DNA from: Octopus vulgaris
Taxonomy: Eukaryota
Assembly (NCBI GenBank): GCA_951406725.2
Contig: OX597832.1
Location: forward strand, 31,806,001 to 31,870,000
Reading direction: 5' to 3'
DNA length: 64,000 nucleotides
Shown here: in pieces, positions 29,365-43,228 of the stretch
Position numbering within the stretch: position 1 is the stretch's first letter
Layout: each line of letters opens with the position of its first letter
Made by a program: the position numbers and the translations under genes
Notes under the pieces: generated by a model
Told to the model about the DNA's origin: nothing
The model's input: the letters and a program-made list of their open reading frames with translations, nothing else
Databases searched by the model: none

Positions 29365-29811
29365 CTGATTGTATATTTATTTTTCTTTTCAAATTTGCAA
29401 CTGAAATTGAGACGAGTGCTCGGGTTCGAGGCGTCCTTACCATAATGAACGACGGAAATGTTTTCAACGAAGCCATTTTAACGTCAGATTCTTCAACGTT
29501 GTGTGTAGTTTCTACAAAATGTCAGTGTTAGACTAAAGGAATCTGGAGAGTTGCTTATAAACAAATGTTTATCTTCAATCAAGTTAAATTTCTTCAACTA
29601 AACTCCAATGTGTTTCTTCATCGATGTAATAATCTTTCACGTTGATCAAGTTCCACATTGGAGCAAATCCCTATCTGTTGCGTTGTAGAATTAATCTACC
29701 GTGTTGCCAAACACTGGTTCTGCTAAAAATGGCGACGAACAACTTCGTATATATGGTTTCAGAATCTGAACACGGAAATCATGACTTTCCAACCGTTCAT
29801 ATATCTTTTAC

Positions 29812-29870
<59 letters not shown>

Positions 29871-29891
29871 TAATAATAATAATAATGATGA

Positions 29892-31800
29892 TAAAAAATA
29901 ATGTAATCAAGCTAGAGCAATAAGAAAAAACCGTTGGTTCACAGAAGCAGAGCTCGAAGCTATCAAAAGACGCGTACTGGAAAAGAGGAGCAGAGGAAAC
30001 GATGAGAATAGAGTCTTTTACTGATAAAAGAGGTGAGATCTGTAATAAACCAGAGGAAAGGAACAGTGAAAGCTTTCTCGATGAGAGACATAATGGTGGC
30101 TTAGAAGAAGACAATAAAACTAATGGTGACATGACAAATGGGCAAAGGACAATCTGCGACAGAATAATGGCAAGAAGAACGACAGCGACATTATTTACAA
30201 GCTTAAAAAGGTTGATCTATGGAAATTGAACCAAGAAGCGAAAAATGTGAATGAAATTCTGAAATACAACAGAAGAAAAAACATCACAGAAATAAATAAT
30301 TTGATCAAGGCAGCAAGTATTGTTGTAGCAGAAAAATGTGGGTGTTGAAGTGAAGAAAAAGAAATATAATGGGAGTGACAAAAGAAAAAGGAGTGGCGAA
30401 GAAGAATACAGGCTGGGTTAGATATGCTCTCGAAGGACATTTCTGTGTTAGACTGAAAAAAAAGGGAGTGCTTAAAAGGGAACAAAAATATAGGACACTG
30501 AAAAGGATGTATGATATTGAAAGAAAGGGCCTGAAAATAGTAATAAAGTAATTGAAACAGCGCCTTGTTGCCAACAAATCAAAGATGGTAAGATACAACC
30601 AAAGACTGAAAGGATATCAGCAGAATTTGTTATGCAGAATAGATCAGAATGGATTCTAAAGAGAAATAAATGGAGAGTGTACAGGTGAAAAGTTGATACC
30701 AAATAACATTGAAAGTCAAATGTTTTGGAGTGACATCTGGAGCAAAGACGAGGAGGACAAGAAGGATGGTTGCAAGAAAGGAAACAAACAGTAGTCTGTC
30801 CAAAACATTGGATCAAAAGGTTTGGCGAATGTCATGCACGAATAGCTGCGCAACTCAACACCTTGTTAAATGCCGACCAAGTAACACCAGAGTAGTTGAC
30901 AATTGGTAGGACAGTGCTGTGCTTGGAAAACATCGAAAAAGTCAATTTGGTAGACAATTACAGGCTGATAAGCTGCTTGCCACTTATGAGGAGATTATTG
31001 ACTGGAATAGTCGCAGAGTCATCTCGAGAAAAATGGAGTCCTGCCACATGAGCAGAACGGTTGCAAGCGTAAGTGCAGAGGTACGAAGGATAAACTCCTT
31101 GTAGATAAAACTGTACTTAGAGAGCGCAAGAGGAGGACAACTAACTTAGCCATGTCATGGATCGATTATCGTAAGGCGCAAGATATGATTCCACATTCTT
31201 GGATTATGGAATGTATGAACCTATTTGGTACTGCATCGAATGTACTTCATGACAATACTATACTTCATGACGATATAGCAAGTACTGTCCATTGGACACT
31301 TTGCAACAAGTATGGACTTGATAGAGCAAAAAAGTGGTACGAACCCGACGGCATCATCGAAAATGATAATGTAAAGATCCTGTGGGATTTTATGATTCAG
31401 TGCGACCATGAGATACAGACTAGGAAACCAGAGTGGTAATTGAGAAAGAATGCTAACGATGCTTGATCCTAGATGTAGCGTGCCCGGCTGACAAGATATG
31501 CGATAAGGAAGAAAGAAAAGTCGATAGATATGACAGGTTAGCTTGGGAGGTTAAGGAATTGTGGCCGATGAAACAGGTGGTATTAGTACCGTTAATTGTC
31601 GGAGCCATAGGAAGAGTGAGTAAAAATTTTGAGAAATACATGGAATAAATAGGGGTTGCAATATAGTGGAGCACTTGCAGCAAATATCTCTGCTTGGAAC
31701 CGCTCGGAAGGTGCTTGAAAAATAAGGGGTGTTACCTTAGTTCATTGGTAGTGAACAGCTGGCATCGTAGTACATCTGCAGCGTTAGAAGTTGTGCAAAG
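29892..31800 (+). mobile_element. Decayed, internally deleted R4/Dong-type non-LTR retrotransposon (RT plus restriction-like endonuclease)
   Basis: N-terminal NQARAIRKNRWFTEAELEAIK. RT motifs [31 protein letters not shown] and [16 protein letters not shown]. Endonuclease region [14 protein letters not shown]...ILDVACPAD...VPLIVGAIG...LGTAR. Stops and frameshifts present; (TAA)n on both sides. Confidence 0.9.
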
Positions 31801-31877
31801 ATAATGAAATAATAATAATGATAATAATAATAACAATAACAATAACAATGATGATGATGATAATGATACTACTACTG

Positions 31878-31952
<75 letters not shown>

Positions 31953-31974
31953 ATAATAATAATAATATCACACT

Positions 31975-32100
31975 TTGGAGTCTTTAACTCATTTATATCA
32001 ACCCCATTACTTAATTGGTACCGTATTTTGTCGACTACGAAAGGATAAAAGTCAAATTCAAGTCCCTGTTGTTTGAATTTAGGACGTAAAGAACCGGATT
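31975..32100 (-). mobile_element. Old SINE family B-like fragment
   Basis: tggtaccgtattttgtcgactacgaaaggataaaagtcaa resembles the family B body. Confidence 0.5.
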
Positions 32101-32636
32101 AAACGCTGGTATGCCATTTCCACAGGTACCGTCTGCTGCTCGTGTTAATGCTTACCATAGTCCTTTCGATGCCATATTCTGCCTTGTTATCAAGTCATAC
32201 TCTATCGCAGTATAACAGAGTATAAACAGGTATGCGAGACTTTTGACCAGCGCGTAGTACATAATGTTTGACTTAATTGCGAGGCTGTTCCTATCAACTC
32301 CACTCAACATTTACAACCACAAAAGATATCAGATTCCACTGCTGTGATGTATGTATGAAATTGCATGATAAAAGAAACTGGTCTCCAATTAGCAAGGACA
32401 GATTACAACGACGCTTCCTTCTTCAACTGCCGAAACCAAAATCCGTCTCATTATATTCGTTGTCTTAGTTAAAATGTCGTCCAAGTAATAATGAAAAGAA
32501 AAACCGCGTTCTGGCAATTAAGATAAAAGCAAAGACTTACCACAGCAACTATAACAACAACAACAAGTTGAACACCAGATGGCGTGCGTCAGCAATAATC
32601 GCCGTCGTCGTAGTCGTTGTTGTTGTTGTTGTTGTT

Positions 32637-32976
32637 CTTCTTCTTCTTCTTCTTCTTCTTCTTCTTCTTCTTCATTCTTCTTCTTCTTCTCCTCCTTCTT
32701 CTTCTTCTTCTTCTTCTTCTTCTTCTTCTTCTCCTCCTCCTTCTTCTTCTTCTCCTCCTCCATCTTCTTCTTCTCCTCCTCCCTCTTCTTCTTCTCCTCC
32801 TCCTCCTTCTTCTTCTTCTCCTCCTCCTCCTCCTCCTTCTTCTTCTTCTTCTTCTTCTTCTTCTTCTTCTACTTCTTCTTCTCCTCCTCCTCTTCCTCCT
32901 CCTCCTCCTCCTCCTCCTCCTCCTTCTTCTTCTTCTTCTTCTTCTTCTTCTTCTTCTTCTTCTTCTTCTTCTTCTT
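32637..32976. repeat. (TTC)n/(TCC)n polypyrimidine tract
   Basis: Direct inspection. Confidence 0.95.
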
Positions 32977-33180
32977 GCATTTCTGAATTTGATCACTGTA
33001 AATTTCGCATCCCGTGTTCAAATCCCTCCTACCCCGCCTTGGCTTTCGTCCTCCCGCAGACTCTGAAATAAAACGTACTGATGGGGAGGATATCGAATGG
33101 TCATCTACTATCAGATATTACTGACCTGTGTCTCAATCACAAATCATTAATATTCTAACTACTACTACTACTACTACTAC

Positions 33181-33567
33181 TGGTGGAAGCACTCCGTCTG
33201 TTACGACGATGAGGGTTCCGGTTGATCCGATCAACGGAACAGCCTGCTCGTGAAATTAACGTGCAAGTGGCTGAGCACTCCACAGACACGTGTACCCTTA
33301 ACGTAGTTCTCGGGGATATTCAGCGTGACACAGAGAGTGACAAGGCCGGCCCCTTGAAATACAGGTACAACAGAAACAGGAAGTAAGAGCGAGATAAAGT
33401 TGTGGTGAAAGAGTACAGCAGGGATCACCACCATCCCCTGCCGGAGCCTCGTGGAGCTTTAGGTGTTTTCGCTCAATAAACACTCACAACGCCCGGTCTG
33501 GGAATCGAAACCGTGATCCTATGACCGCGAGTCCGCTGCCCTAACCACTGGGCCATTGCGCCTCCAC
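33181..33567 (-). mobile_element. SINE family C, apparently full length, inserted in (CTA)n
   Basis: Head gtggaggcgcaatggcccagtggttagggc (A box) and ggtttcgattccc (B box). The 3' half is shared with 45078-45400. (CTA)n lies on both flanks. Confidence 0.9.
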
Positions 33568-33576
33568 ACTACTACA

Positions 33577-33656
<80 letters not shown>

Positions 33657-33923
33657 AACATCAACAACAATAATTAGTTAAAAATCTTGCATGATTACAA
33701 ATATCCCCATACATGTAAGCACATGTTTATATGTATGTATGTATGTATGTGGAAATATATGCGTTACACAATGTTCGTTGTCCCATCACGTGTCCCTGTC
33801 GTTTTGTTTCGTGTTCTTTGTACAATTTTGCCACCCCCACGTATGTGTGTGTGTGTTTGTGTGTGTGTTTGTGTGTGTGTTTGTGTGTGTGTATGTGTGT
33901 GTGTTTGTGTGTGTGTGTGTGTA

Positions 33924-33955
<32 letters not shown>

Positions 33956-34215
33956 GTGTGTGTGTGTGTGTGTTATAAGAGAGATTCTTGATTAAATTGG
34001 TGTCGACTGCAAATGTGACTGCGGTGTCAATAACTACTCAAACCTGACATTGTAAGTTAACACAGCAGTAAAATCTGAAAGAATTGTTTAAGGAAACACA
34101 TAGAATGGAAATTTATGCGCCCGTGTCAGCTTCCGGAGCTGGGTAAGTGTTAGAGAGTATACCAGCTGATATATCTGTAAAATGTAAATTATCTGGTGTA
34201 AGGTTGCACACATTT

Positions 34216-34612
<397 letters not shown>

Positions 34613-36448
34613 CAAAGTTAAAATAAACTGACCCCGTATAGCTATAAAAAATACAATACACATACCCCAGGTATACCTGACAGCACTTTGTTACTAATTA
34701 CTTGCCAGAGATTCGAACGCAGCTAACACTTTTGGTCTAAATAGGGTGGGGGTGGGGGCACCTCTTTTCCAGAAACGGAATGGGTGAGATTTTGCTCATC
34801 ATCAGGCCCAATTCAGAAAATCTCGTGGGCCTCAGTTTGTCCATGACTCGTCTGAACTGACACGCCTATACATCTGTATACTTTTACCCATGGAATCTCT
34901 AAAAGCTATTACACATGTATAAACTGACCTCGGGTATATCTGCAAACGTGTCTTTGATAAATCAATCGTTAGATCTACTAACGCAGCTGTGAATGCTGAC
35001 GCTGTTAGTCTAAGCTAATGCAACTTTTGTCAATTTTCAAAGACAAATCTAATTACAAGAGTGAATCATTATTTTTATGCAATGGTAATTATGTATAATT
35101 AAAGCGAATCATCCGCGGAAGTTAGTTTTAGTCTGTGTCAGCAATTAGTGAGTAGAAATTGTTTAAAACTGACATCGTGTGTTGTGTCATGTATGGTTAA
35201 GAGGAATTAATAGTTGGAGGTTAAACGTTGCCATCAAAGACAAAGTCGCGCAGCAGTTGTGTGAGATTGTTGAGTGTCACAATATTTTAGCCGTTTCTCT
35301 TGCATGCCATCGTTCAAAAACTATAATATAATTGTTGCTGTTTAACCCTGCGTTTACTATTGTCTGGCACTTGTACATGTATAATCATCGCCATTCCAAT
35401 TGTGCTTTCCCCTTGATTTAGAATATCAAAGACTAATATATTTTGAACATCGCCATAGATTAGCAGACCGGTTTGAGCAAGATTAAAAGGTTGTGTTAAT
35501 TTACATAACGGAATTAGTTTATGCTTGTAGGAAGATACGGTTAAGATTCCGCTGCTAATTTTATCGTTTCAAACAAGATAGAGTTTACTTTGACGGGTTT
35601 AAATTCGTTCCATGATTTATTGCTGATAACATAATCATCAGTTAAATACTGAAGGTGGTCAGTATATTTAGCTATCAACATAGGACTTCAAATCCCATCT
35701 TGTTGAATGTAACAGATTTCCTGACACGCAAAGGACAGGCCTGCTAGTCTTTTAACAAGCTTCAAAACATTTGGTAATCACATATTTCAGAGTAAAAAAA
35801 TGAATTTGCCTTCTTCAGGGCATTTATAAAGAGTATTTGTCCTTGTAGAACCGAAATCTGGTCTTGGAAGGATAAATCCATACACTAGGCTAATCTCGAG
35901 GACTCAATACATCTTATGGACTGATACCAAGGCTAAAGAATGAGATTTGTGGACATTTTCGTCTCATCTCTCTTGTCGTTGCACTCAATGCTGAATAGCT
36001 TTACAGGCTGCTGCTATCATAATAGAGGACAAAGACTGCTCATGCTGGGTTCGATTAAAATCTAAAATTCTGACGGCGATGCCAACAGCGAGGCCGCAGT
36101 CCAATGGCTGAAACAAGTAAAAGAATTACCAAACCAAAGAATAACTTCGAACCACCACGGTGGTCGTGGTAGTCACCGTCGACGATGTAATTGTCAACAG
36201 AGGTTTAGTGTCATTCATCATCATAATGAAATAAAGATTGCATCGACTGTAACTAAGCTGCAATACACCACACTTCTTGATCCGCCAGAGCTAATTCCCA
36301 CCTTCAGCCTACAATGATGCCTCCTTCCTGAATTAGTCACTTCAGCTCAGACATTTGGTATTAGCTTTGTGGCGATTTTCTTTATAATCTCTCAGAATCC
36401 TCCAGCTAATTGAACCAAACGACTTTGGAAAAGACTTAATCACTTCAT

Positions 36449-36480
<32 letters not shown>

Positions 36481-36527
36481 ACTCTCTCTCTCACACTCTC
36501 TCTCTCCCTTTCTCTCTCTCTCTCTCT

Positions 36528-36562
<35 letters not shown>

Positions 36563-37077
36563 CACTTACATTCACTCTCTTTCAGTCTCTCTAACTTTCT
36601 TTCATTCTTGAGATATACAGAAGTATATTTCGGTAGTTGTGGATTCTATTTACTTAATTATTTTTGTCCATTATAATTTTGTTGATTTTTTAAAATTGCA
36701 ATTGTTATGAAGTTGGAAAGGTAACACCCACGCTCATAACACATAGGTATTTGGATTAATTCTTTTACAATCCAGCCGATCTTTTACACGGGATTTTGTC
36801 TTTCTTTAAACCATAGCTCAAGTGGATTGAGTTGTTTATAAATCAAATAATAAATGTATATCGAAACAAATTGTTATATTATATTCATAGTATATTATGT
36901 TAAAATTATAAATAACTTATTGGATATTTAATTCAATCTCAATTTAATTAATTGTTTGTAATTTGCATAATAACCATATTTATGTAGGTTCGAGCTGATG
37001 TTCGAGACCATTGGATGTTTTACCCAAACCTTTCAAGGAATTCCTTTCCTTCGCTTGTTACTTTACAGATAATCTCC

Positions 37078-37136
<59 letters not shown>

Positions 37137-37140
<4 letters not shown>

Positions 37141-38324
37141 ACGAAACGGAATCACCCGTCGTCGCTCGTCCCGAACGGCACACACAAGTTCCGCCACGGA
37201 ACCCAAAGAGGCGGAGAGAGGAGATACAGATAGATACTGCCACACCCTCAACAGCACAGCACAGAGGCACAACCCGAGATACAACCCAAAGAGAGGCAAG
37301 GCAACAGAGACACTGGCTTATATTCAAACAACAGTTTATACGACAATTACAATTGTTACAACATCAAGATACATCAAAGCATGCACGTGACTACTCAATA
37401 CATAATACAACAGATCAACGCATAATACAACATCATGTAACAATTCAAGAGTACACGTCCCAAGACAACAGTTCTTTAAAGTCTCTTCCTAAACATCACA
37501 ATCAACAAGTCCTTTACTCTTCTTCTTCACAATGTCCTTTATCGACCACATCGACAGAGTCCTTGACTGTTCTTTTCGCTGTTCAATACACCGTGACACA
37601 TATCAATGCACAAACACATACCTCAATTCCTAATTGAATCTGCCAGTGTCCCATTCCTCTCAATACTGCTAATTCCTCTGAATACTGCTAATTCCCTTCT
37701 GTGCCGCCAAGCTTTCTCGCATCCAACTTGCTCCTAAGAATTCCAACGCTTGCTCCTTAAATCCAAGGTCCGTCTGTCTTCTTCGAGGACCGGCCAGCGA
37801 CTGCAAGATCCGTCTGTGTTCTTCGACGACCGCTCAACGACTCCCAAAACCTCACCTCCTCGTCCTGACTTCCACTACCTCATCTCCCCCTGTCTATATC
37901 GCTCATACCCTTTCTAACTGCTCTCTTAGCCTTATACTCTATCTCTATTCTCAATCTGTCCCTTACTGCTTATAGCCTTTCTATCTGCTCTCTGATCTTA
38001 CTGCCTATCTCTATCGCCTGCTGCCTATTACCCTCTCTATCTGTCCCTTTTCTCTTACTGCCTATCTCTATCGCCTGCTGCCTATTACCCTCTCTTGACA
38101 GCTCTACCATACTCTCTGCCTGTCCTTCTCTGCCCCCTCATCCTCTCTCACGACATATTCAAGGGGTGTCCAGAGCGACCCCTAATTCACCCGCACAAGG
38201 TCACAGGTCATTTCAAAACCCATTAGTCCTCCATTAAACAAAAGACTGTCACTTTTCTACTAGACATGCCGGAACCATAATTCCAATGTGGGTCACCGGG
38301 AAATGCACCAGCTAAACCGTAACA
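37137..38324. mobile_element. Solo LTR (1188 bp) of an LTR retrotransposon
   Basis: Termini TGTTACG...CGTAACA (7-bp inverted, TG..CA) with ATAT on both flanks, inside (TA)n. Internal short direct repeats; no coding motifs recognised. Confidence 0.75.
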
Positions 38325-38357
38325 ATATACATGCCTATATCTAGAAACGACCATTTA

Positions 38358-38413
<56 letters not shown>

Positions 38414-38438
38414 TAAATGGTCGTTTCTAGATATAGGC

Positions 38439-38446
<8 letters not shown>
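38325..38446. repeat. Perfect palindrome centred on (TA)n
   Basis: atatacatgcctatatctagaaacgaccatttagta-(TA)n-tactaaatggtcgtttctagatataggcatgtatat. Confidence 0.9.
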
Positions 38447-38479
<33 letters not shown>

Positions 38480-38517
38480 TATATAAAATCATTCATTTAT
38501 TATTTCAATTAATTGAG

Positions 38518-38617
38518 NNNNNNNNNNNNNNNNNNNNNNNNNNNNNNNNNNNNNNNNNNNNNNNNNNNNNNNNNNNNNNNNNNNNNNNNNNNNNNNNNNN
38601 NNNNNNNNNNNNNNNNN
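38518..38617. other. Assembly gap (100 N)
   Basis: Run of n. Confidence 1.
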
Positions 38618-39242
38618 AGAGAGAGAGTGAAAGAGAGAAGAGGGGTGAAAGAAAAAGATAGGTCTGTAAGTATGTATGTAAGCGGGGAGATATAAAGAGA
38701 AAAATAAATAGAAAACGCACGGGTGAGAGAGAGAGAGAGAAAGAAGAAGAGAGACACGAAAAGAAATACTAAGAGAACAGTGTGAGAGTGAGAGAGATTA
38801 ATGCAAGGTCAAGAATAGAAACGATAGTGTGATTTCTCTTGCATGATAACGTCCAACTATTTAGCAGTAGCAACACTGGCGTTGTCTCATAAACATTAGA
38901 TTTTCTTTTCATTATTCCAGATGCGAATAAGAGTTTATTTCCGAACGAAATAATAGGTTTATATCTTTGGTAAACTCAAGGTCAAATACAGCAGACTATT
39001 GCACATTACGGACTGATTCAACGGCAGTAAATAATTGGTGACGGAAGAAGACGTGGAGGCCTTGGGCACTATTGCTTCCTGTAGATCTAAATGATGATGA
39101 TGATGAGGATGATAATAATATCATGAACAACAATCGTAAAGCAGCCCAAGAAATTGAGGATTACAACAAAAGGCAAAACATAACACAGAAAAGTTGGAAT
39201 TGAAATCGATCAAAATAATAATAATAATGGTAATAATAATAA

Positions 39243-39415
39243 CGTTTTGTCTTGGTGTAAGAGAGATGGGTTACAGCAAATATTCTGCTCAATACCACAG
39301 TTTTACTTGTCAGTTGTTTGACCTTAAACAGTTGAGCATGTCCCTTAGTGGCTGATGGTATGTGCATCTCTGATCATGAGCAGGTGTAGTGGGGAAGTAT
39401 CATAGCTGTGTGTTG
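39243..39415 (+). mobile_element. Fragment of the repeat seen at 2920-3410
   Basis: Inverted homology to 3215-3340; preceded by (AAT)n. Confidence 0.6.
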
Positions 39416-39749
39416 GGAAGAAGAAGAAGAAGGAGGAGAAGAAGAAGAAGAAGAAGAAGAAGAAGAAGAAGAAGAAAAAGAAGAAGACGAAGAAGAAGAA
39501 AAATGTGAAGATGAAGATGAAGAAGAACAAGAACAAGAAGGAGAAAAAGAAAAGAAAGGGAAGGAGAAGTAGGAGGAAGGGAAGAAGGAATAGAAGAAGA
39601 AAAAGAAGAAGAAGAAGAAGAAGAAGAAGAAGAAGAAGAAGAAGAAGAAGAAGAAGAAGAAGAAGAAGAAGAAGAAGAAGAAGAGGGATTTGTAGAAGGA
39701 GAAGAAGAAGGAAAAGAAAATGGAGAAGAAGCAAATGGAGAAGAAGAAG

Positions 39750-40315
39750 AGCAAGAAAGTGTAGAGCGAGTGCAGTTTGGGATGCAACAATGGCAGACGT
39801 TGTTGCAGAATATCCCAAGTTGGCTCAGGGAGAATAGAAGAAACGGAGGCATGAGCAAGTTTTTGCCCTGGAAGCTTTGTCAGAAATGAGACTTTGAGGC
39901 TGGAGGCTATTGTGTTGAAAGAGTGCTTGAGTCAGAGAAATACAAAATTCCATCGGCTTTCCCTATTCAATGGACAAAATAATAAACCAAACGTGACAGT
40001 AATAAACAAGGAAAAGCGAAATTGCTTACGGATTTATCCATCATGTCCGTTTGATTGAAGGATTGTAAAGAAAGAAGAAAAATTAAGGAACTACAGTCCC
40101 TTACACTGTGAGAAAAGATAAGACAAAGTGGAATAAAATGTCCTAATTTCAACAGAAAGTCTGCCTCTTTAGAGACAGGAAACATTATGAGACGGGTTTT
40201 GAACACTTGGAAGATTATTGAAAGTTTGTGGATACTTAAGGTTACAGGGGACAGACCCCTACCCACATAAATTCTACCAAGAATAACAGACCTAAAACAA
40301 ATCAAATAATAAAGA
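39750..40315 (+). mobile_element. Highly decayed 3' fragment of an R4/Dong-type LINE
   Basis: Degenerate zinc knuckle KCR...MADVVAEYPKLAQGE*KKRRHEQV, then WKLCQK, NNKPNVTVINKEKRNCL, CPFD*RIVKKEEK and C-terminal RKSASLETGNIMRRVL. Confidence 0.65.
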
Positions 40316-40895
40316 CAGAAGCTGTAACTGAGGGAGAAGATGTCATGATTCTTTCAGACTTTCCTGTAAAAACAGAAAGAACTCGCAAAGCTAATTAACT
40401 GGATAATATTGTGGAAGAGCAAAATAATAAAGTCTGTTTATTGATCGGCGTGAATTTTCTTTGCGATCATAATGTCTCGGCAAAACTATTTGACAAGCTC
40501 AGGAAATATAAGGATTTGCTCATTGAAATCGAAAAAACGTGGCATCTCAAGGAGCTAACAATATCAGTAATTGTAGGAGTACTTGGAATGATGAATAAAT
40601 AAATAAATAAATAAAGGGAGCGAAAATTAATTGAGAATGATCCTGGCTTACCATCCATGCAAAAAGTGCAAAAGATTATTTTAACTGGTGCGTTACAAGT
40701 GTTGAGAAGATCAATGTCGCTGTGAGAACGCTAAGCTTCCATGTAAATATATATTTTTTATAGAAATTTTGTACGCGACCGAAACTGGTTCGTTTATTTG
40801 AATGGTTTTTTTTTTCCAATGTGTAGAGTGAGTTTCTTTGCCCTAGGTGTAAGGTATGACACCCGGCAAGTCACTGAAGGAAGATTGACGAAGAA
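40316..40895 (+). mobile_element. 3' fragment of a second R4/Dong-type LINE (endonuclease domain plus 3' UTR)
   Basis: EAVTEGEDVMILSDFPVKTERTRKAN*LD...VCLLIGVNFLCDHNVSAKLFDKLRKYKDLLIEIEKTWHLK...VIVGVLGM...VQKIILTGALQVLRRS; ends at (ACT)n. Confidence 0.8.
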
Positions 40896-40897
40896 AA

Positions 40898-41001
<104 letters not shown>

Positions 41002-41027
41002 TGCTGTTGCTGCTACCGCCGCCGCTG

Positions 41028-41068
<41 letters not shown>

Positions 41069-41156
41069 GCTGCTGCTGTTGCTACTGCTGCTGCTGCTGT
41101 TGCTACTGCCGCCGCTGCTGCTGCTACTACTCCTCCTCCTCCTCCTCCTCCTCCTC

Positions 41157-41195
<39 letters not shown>

Positions 41196-41208
41196 AAAAT
41201 AATAATAA

Positions 41209-41400
41209 TCCTTTCTACTGGAAGCACAAGACCTCAAATTTGGGGGAAGGGATTAAGTCAATTACAGCAACCCCAGTGCGTAACTGGTACTTATTTAATC
41301 GACCCCGAAAGGATGAAGGGTAAAGTCGACCTCGACGTAATTTGAACTCAGAATGTAAAGACGGACGAAATGCCGCTAAGCACTTCGTCCGGCGTGCTAG
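41209..41400 (-). mobile_element. SINE family B copy
   Basis: ccccagtgcgtaactggtacttatttaatcgaccccgaaaggatgaa...gtaaagacggacgaaatgccgctaagca. Confidence 0.85.
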
Positions 41401-41911
41401 ACTTGAGTGGCACTTTATTACATTAACACCCGGAGGGATGAAATGCAAAATTAATGCGGGTGGGATCTGAACTCAGTATCTAAAGATCTAGAACAAATGA
41501 CTCATGGACATCTTTCCACATTTGCCAGGTCACCGCCCTTAAGAGTTAACCATTTTGAAGGGAAAACGTGAACCTATATTATCGTCCGCAGTGCCTCACC
41601 AGTATTATATTTTATGGGCCCAAGAATGAACGGTAGAGCAGATCTCCTTGGGATTTGAACTCAACAGATTCGAATTCAGAACTTGTTATTGATGTTAAAA
41701 ATAGATGCTAAATCTCCCTCAAGTTAACCACAAGAGAAAAGGAAAGCAAAATTGGATGATGTAGCCTACGTACTGAGATTAAAACGGCGTGATCATTTAG
41801 ATTGGAATGACTTTGATCATAGATTTCCTCTATTGTCTCTGACCTAGGGCTAAAGAACAAAGAACAAAAAAGTACAGTATGTGTGTGTATGCGGGAATAT
41901 ATACATATGTG

Positions 41912-41970
<59 letters not shown>

Positions 41971-41993
41971 ACACTTACATACACACATATATA

Positions 41994-42031
<38 letters not shown>

Positions 42032-42683
42032 TATATAGTATATATAGATGCATGTATGTATACATACACATATCTATATCTATATATATATATCTATGAA
42101 CAGATACATATAGATACACACATACACACTGCATATATATTTTTGATATATGATATACATAAATTTATATAAAGATACACATATGCACACGCACTAACAC
42201 GTACGCATATACATATATAGATATATACACACGCACATGTATACATACACAGGTGCACACACGCATATTTATGAAATTCAATATACATATATAGACGCAC
42301 CCATAAATATATTTATATACACATATTTATATGTATATATGTATATATATATATGTGTGTATATGAACGAAGTCAAAAATGATAAATGGCAGCGCTAGTC
42401 TGTTGTAGGGTTGAACTTTAAAAAGTAGGGATGCGAAAATAAATATTGTGCGATATTTCCTTTGATGTTGAGACATTTTGAGTGACCTAACAACCCTAAT
42501 TAATATGGATGACATTGATAGCAGATGGCTTGGCACGAAGCCAAGTTTGACAGGAAATTTTACAGAATATTTTTTGCATTCATTTGGATAAAAGCCACAT
42601 TTAATAACGACGGGATTTAAAGTCGAAATAAGAGAAGAAAATGTGAAGTAATTTATTTTGGATCTGTAGAATTTTAGAAGGTG

Positions 42684-42960
42684 AAGGCGCGTCTTAGTGG
42701 TTAGTGTTGGAATCGATGTCTTATGATCGGAGTTTCGAATGCCAAACCGAATTGTATTTTGCGTCTTTGAGTAAAACATTTAATTTCATGTTACCCCAGT
42801 CCACCCTGCTGGGTGTTGACACAGGCAGCAGTTGAGGGCGAACTCTATAAGAGACGGGCGTTCCGTTTCAGGGTGTCATACTGTTATCTCGGTCGCTTGT
42901 ATGAAATGGAAACTGATAGAAGCTCCATTCATACTAATGTGTCCTCTATAAAGACTAATC
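42684..42960 (+). mobile_element. Old tRNA-derived SINE
   Basis: aggcgcgtcttagtggttagtg (A-box-like), gtttcgaatgcc (B-box-like), then a ccagtccac/gacgggcgttccgtttcaggg body resembling 12420-12612. Confidence 0.5.
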
Positions 42961-43044
42961 CACAGATTCGTTCCAAGCATAACCATTTCTATTTTATCGA
43001 TGCATAATTCTTTCTACTTTCGACTTTCTTCGAAAGACACACGA

Positions 43045-43228
43045 CCTCTTATTTCGTATGAGGTCTGTGTCTGGGGGACAGTCGATTATATAAAACCCAA
43101 TGCTCAACTGGTATTTATTTCATCCATCTTGAAAAGGATGAAAAGCAAAGTTGACCTCGGTGGAATTTGAAACTAGAGCGTAAAGACGCTAAGCGCTTTG
43201 CTTATCCTGCTAACGATTCTGCTAACCT
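43045..43228 (-). mobile_element. SINE family B copy (diverged)
   Basis: aactggtatttatttcat...aaggatgaaaagcaaagttgacctcggtggaatttgaa...gctaacgattctgc. Confidence 0.7.

Noticed and set aside
33490-33567. tRNA gene
   Set aside because: A and B boxes are present but the sequence continues into a SINE body and I could not fold a full cloverleaf. The same applies to the other SINE heads.
37011-37637. 208-aa ORF
   Set aside because: It crosses a (TA)n tract into the solo LTR and has no gag/pol motifs.
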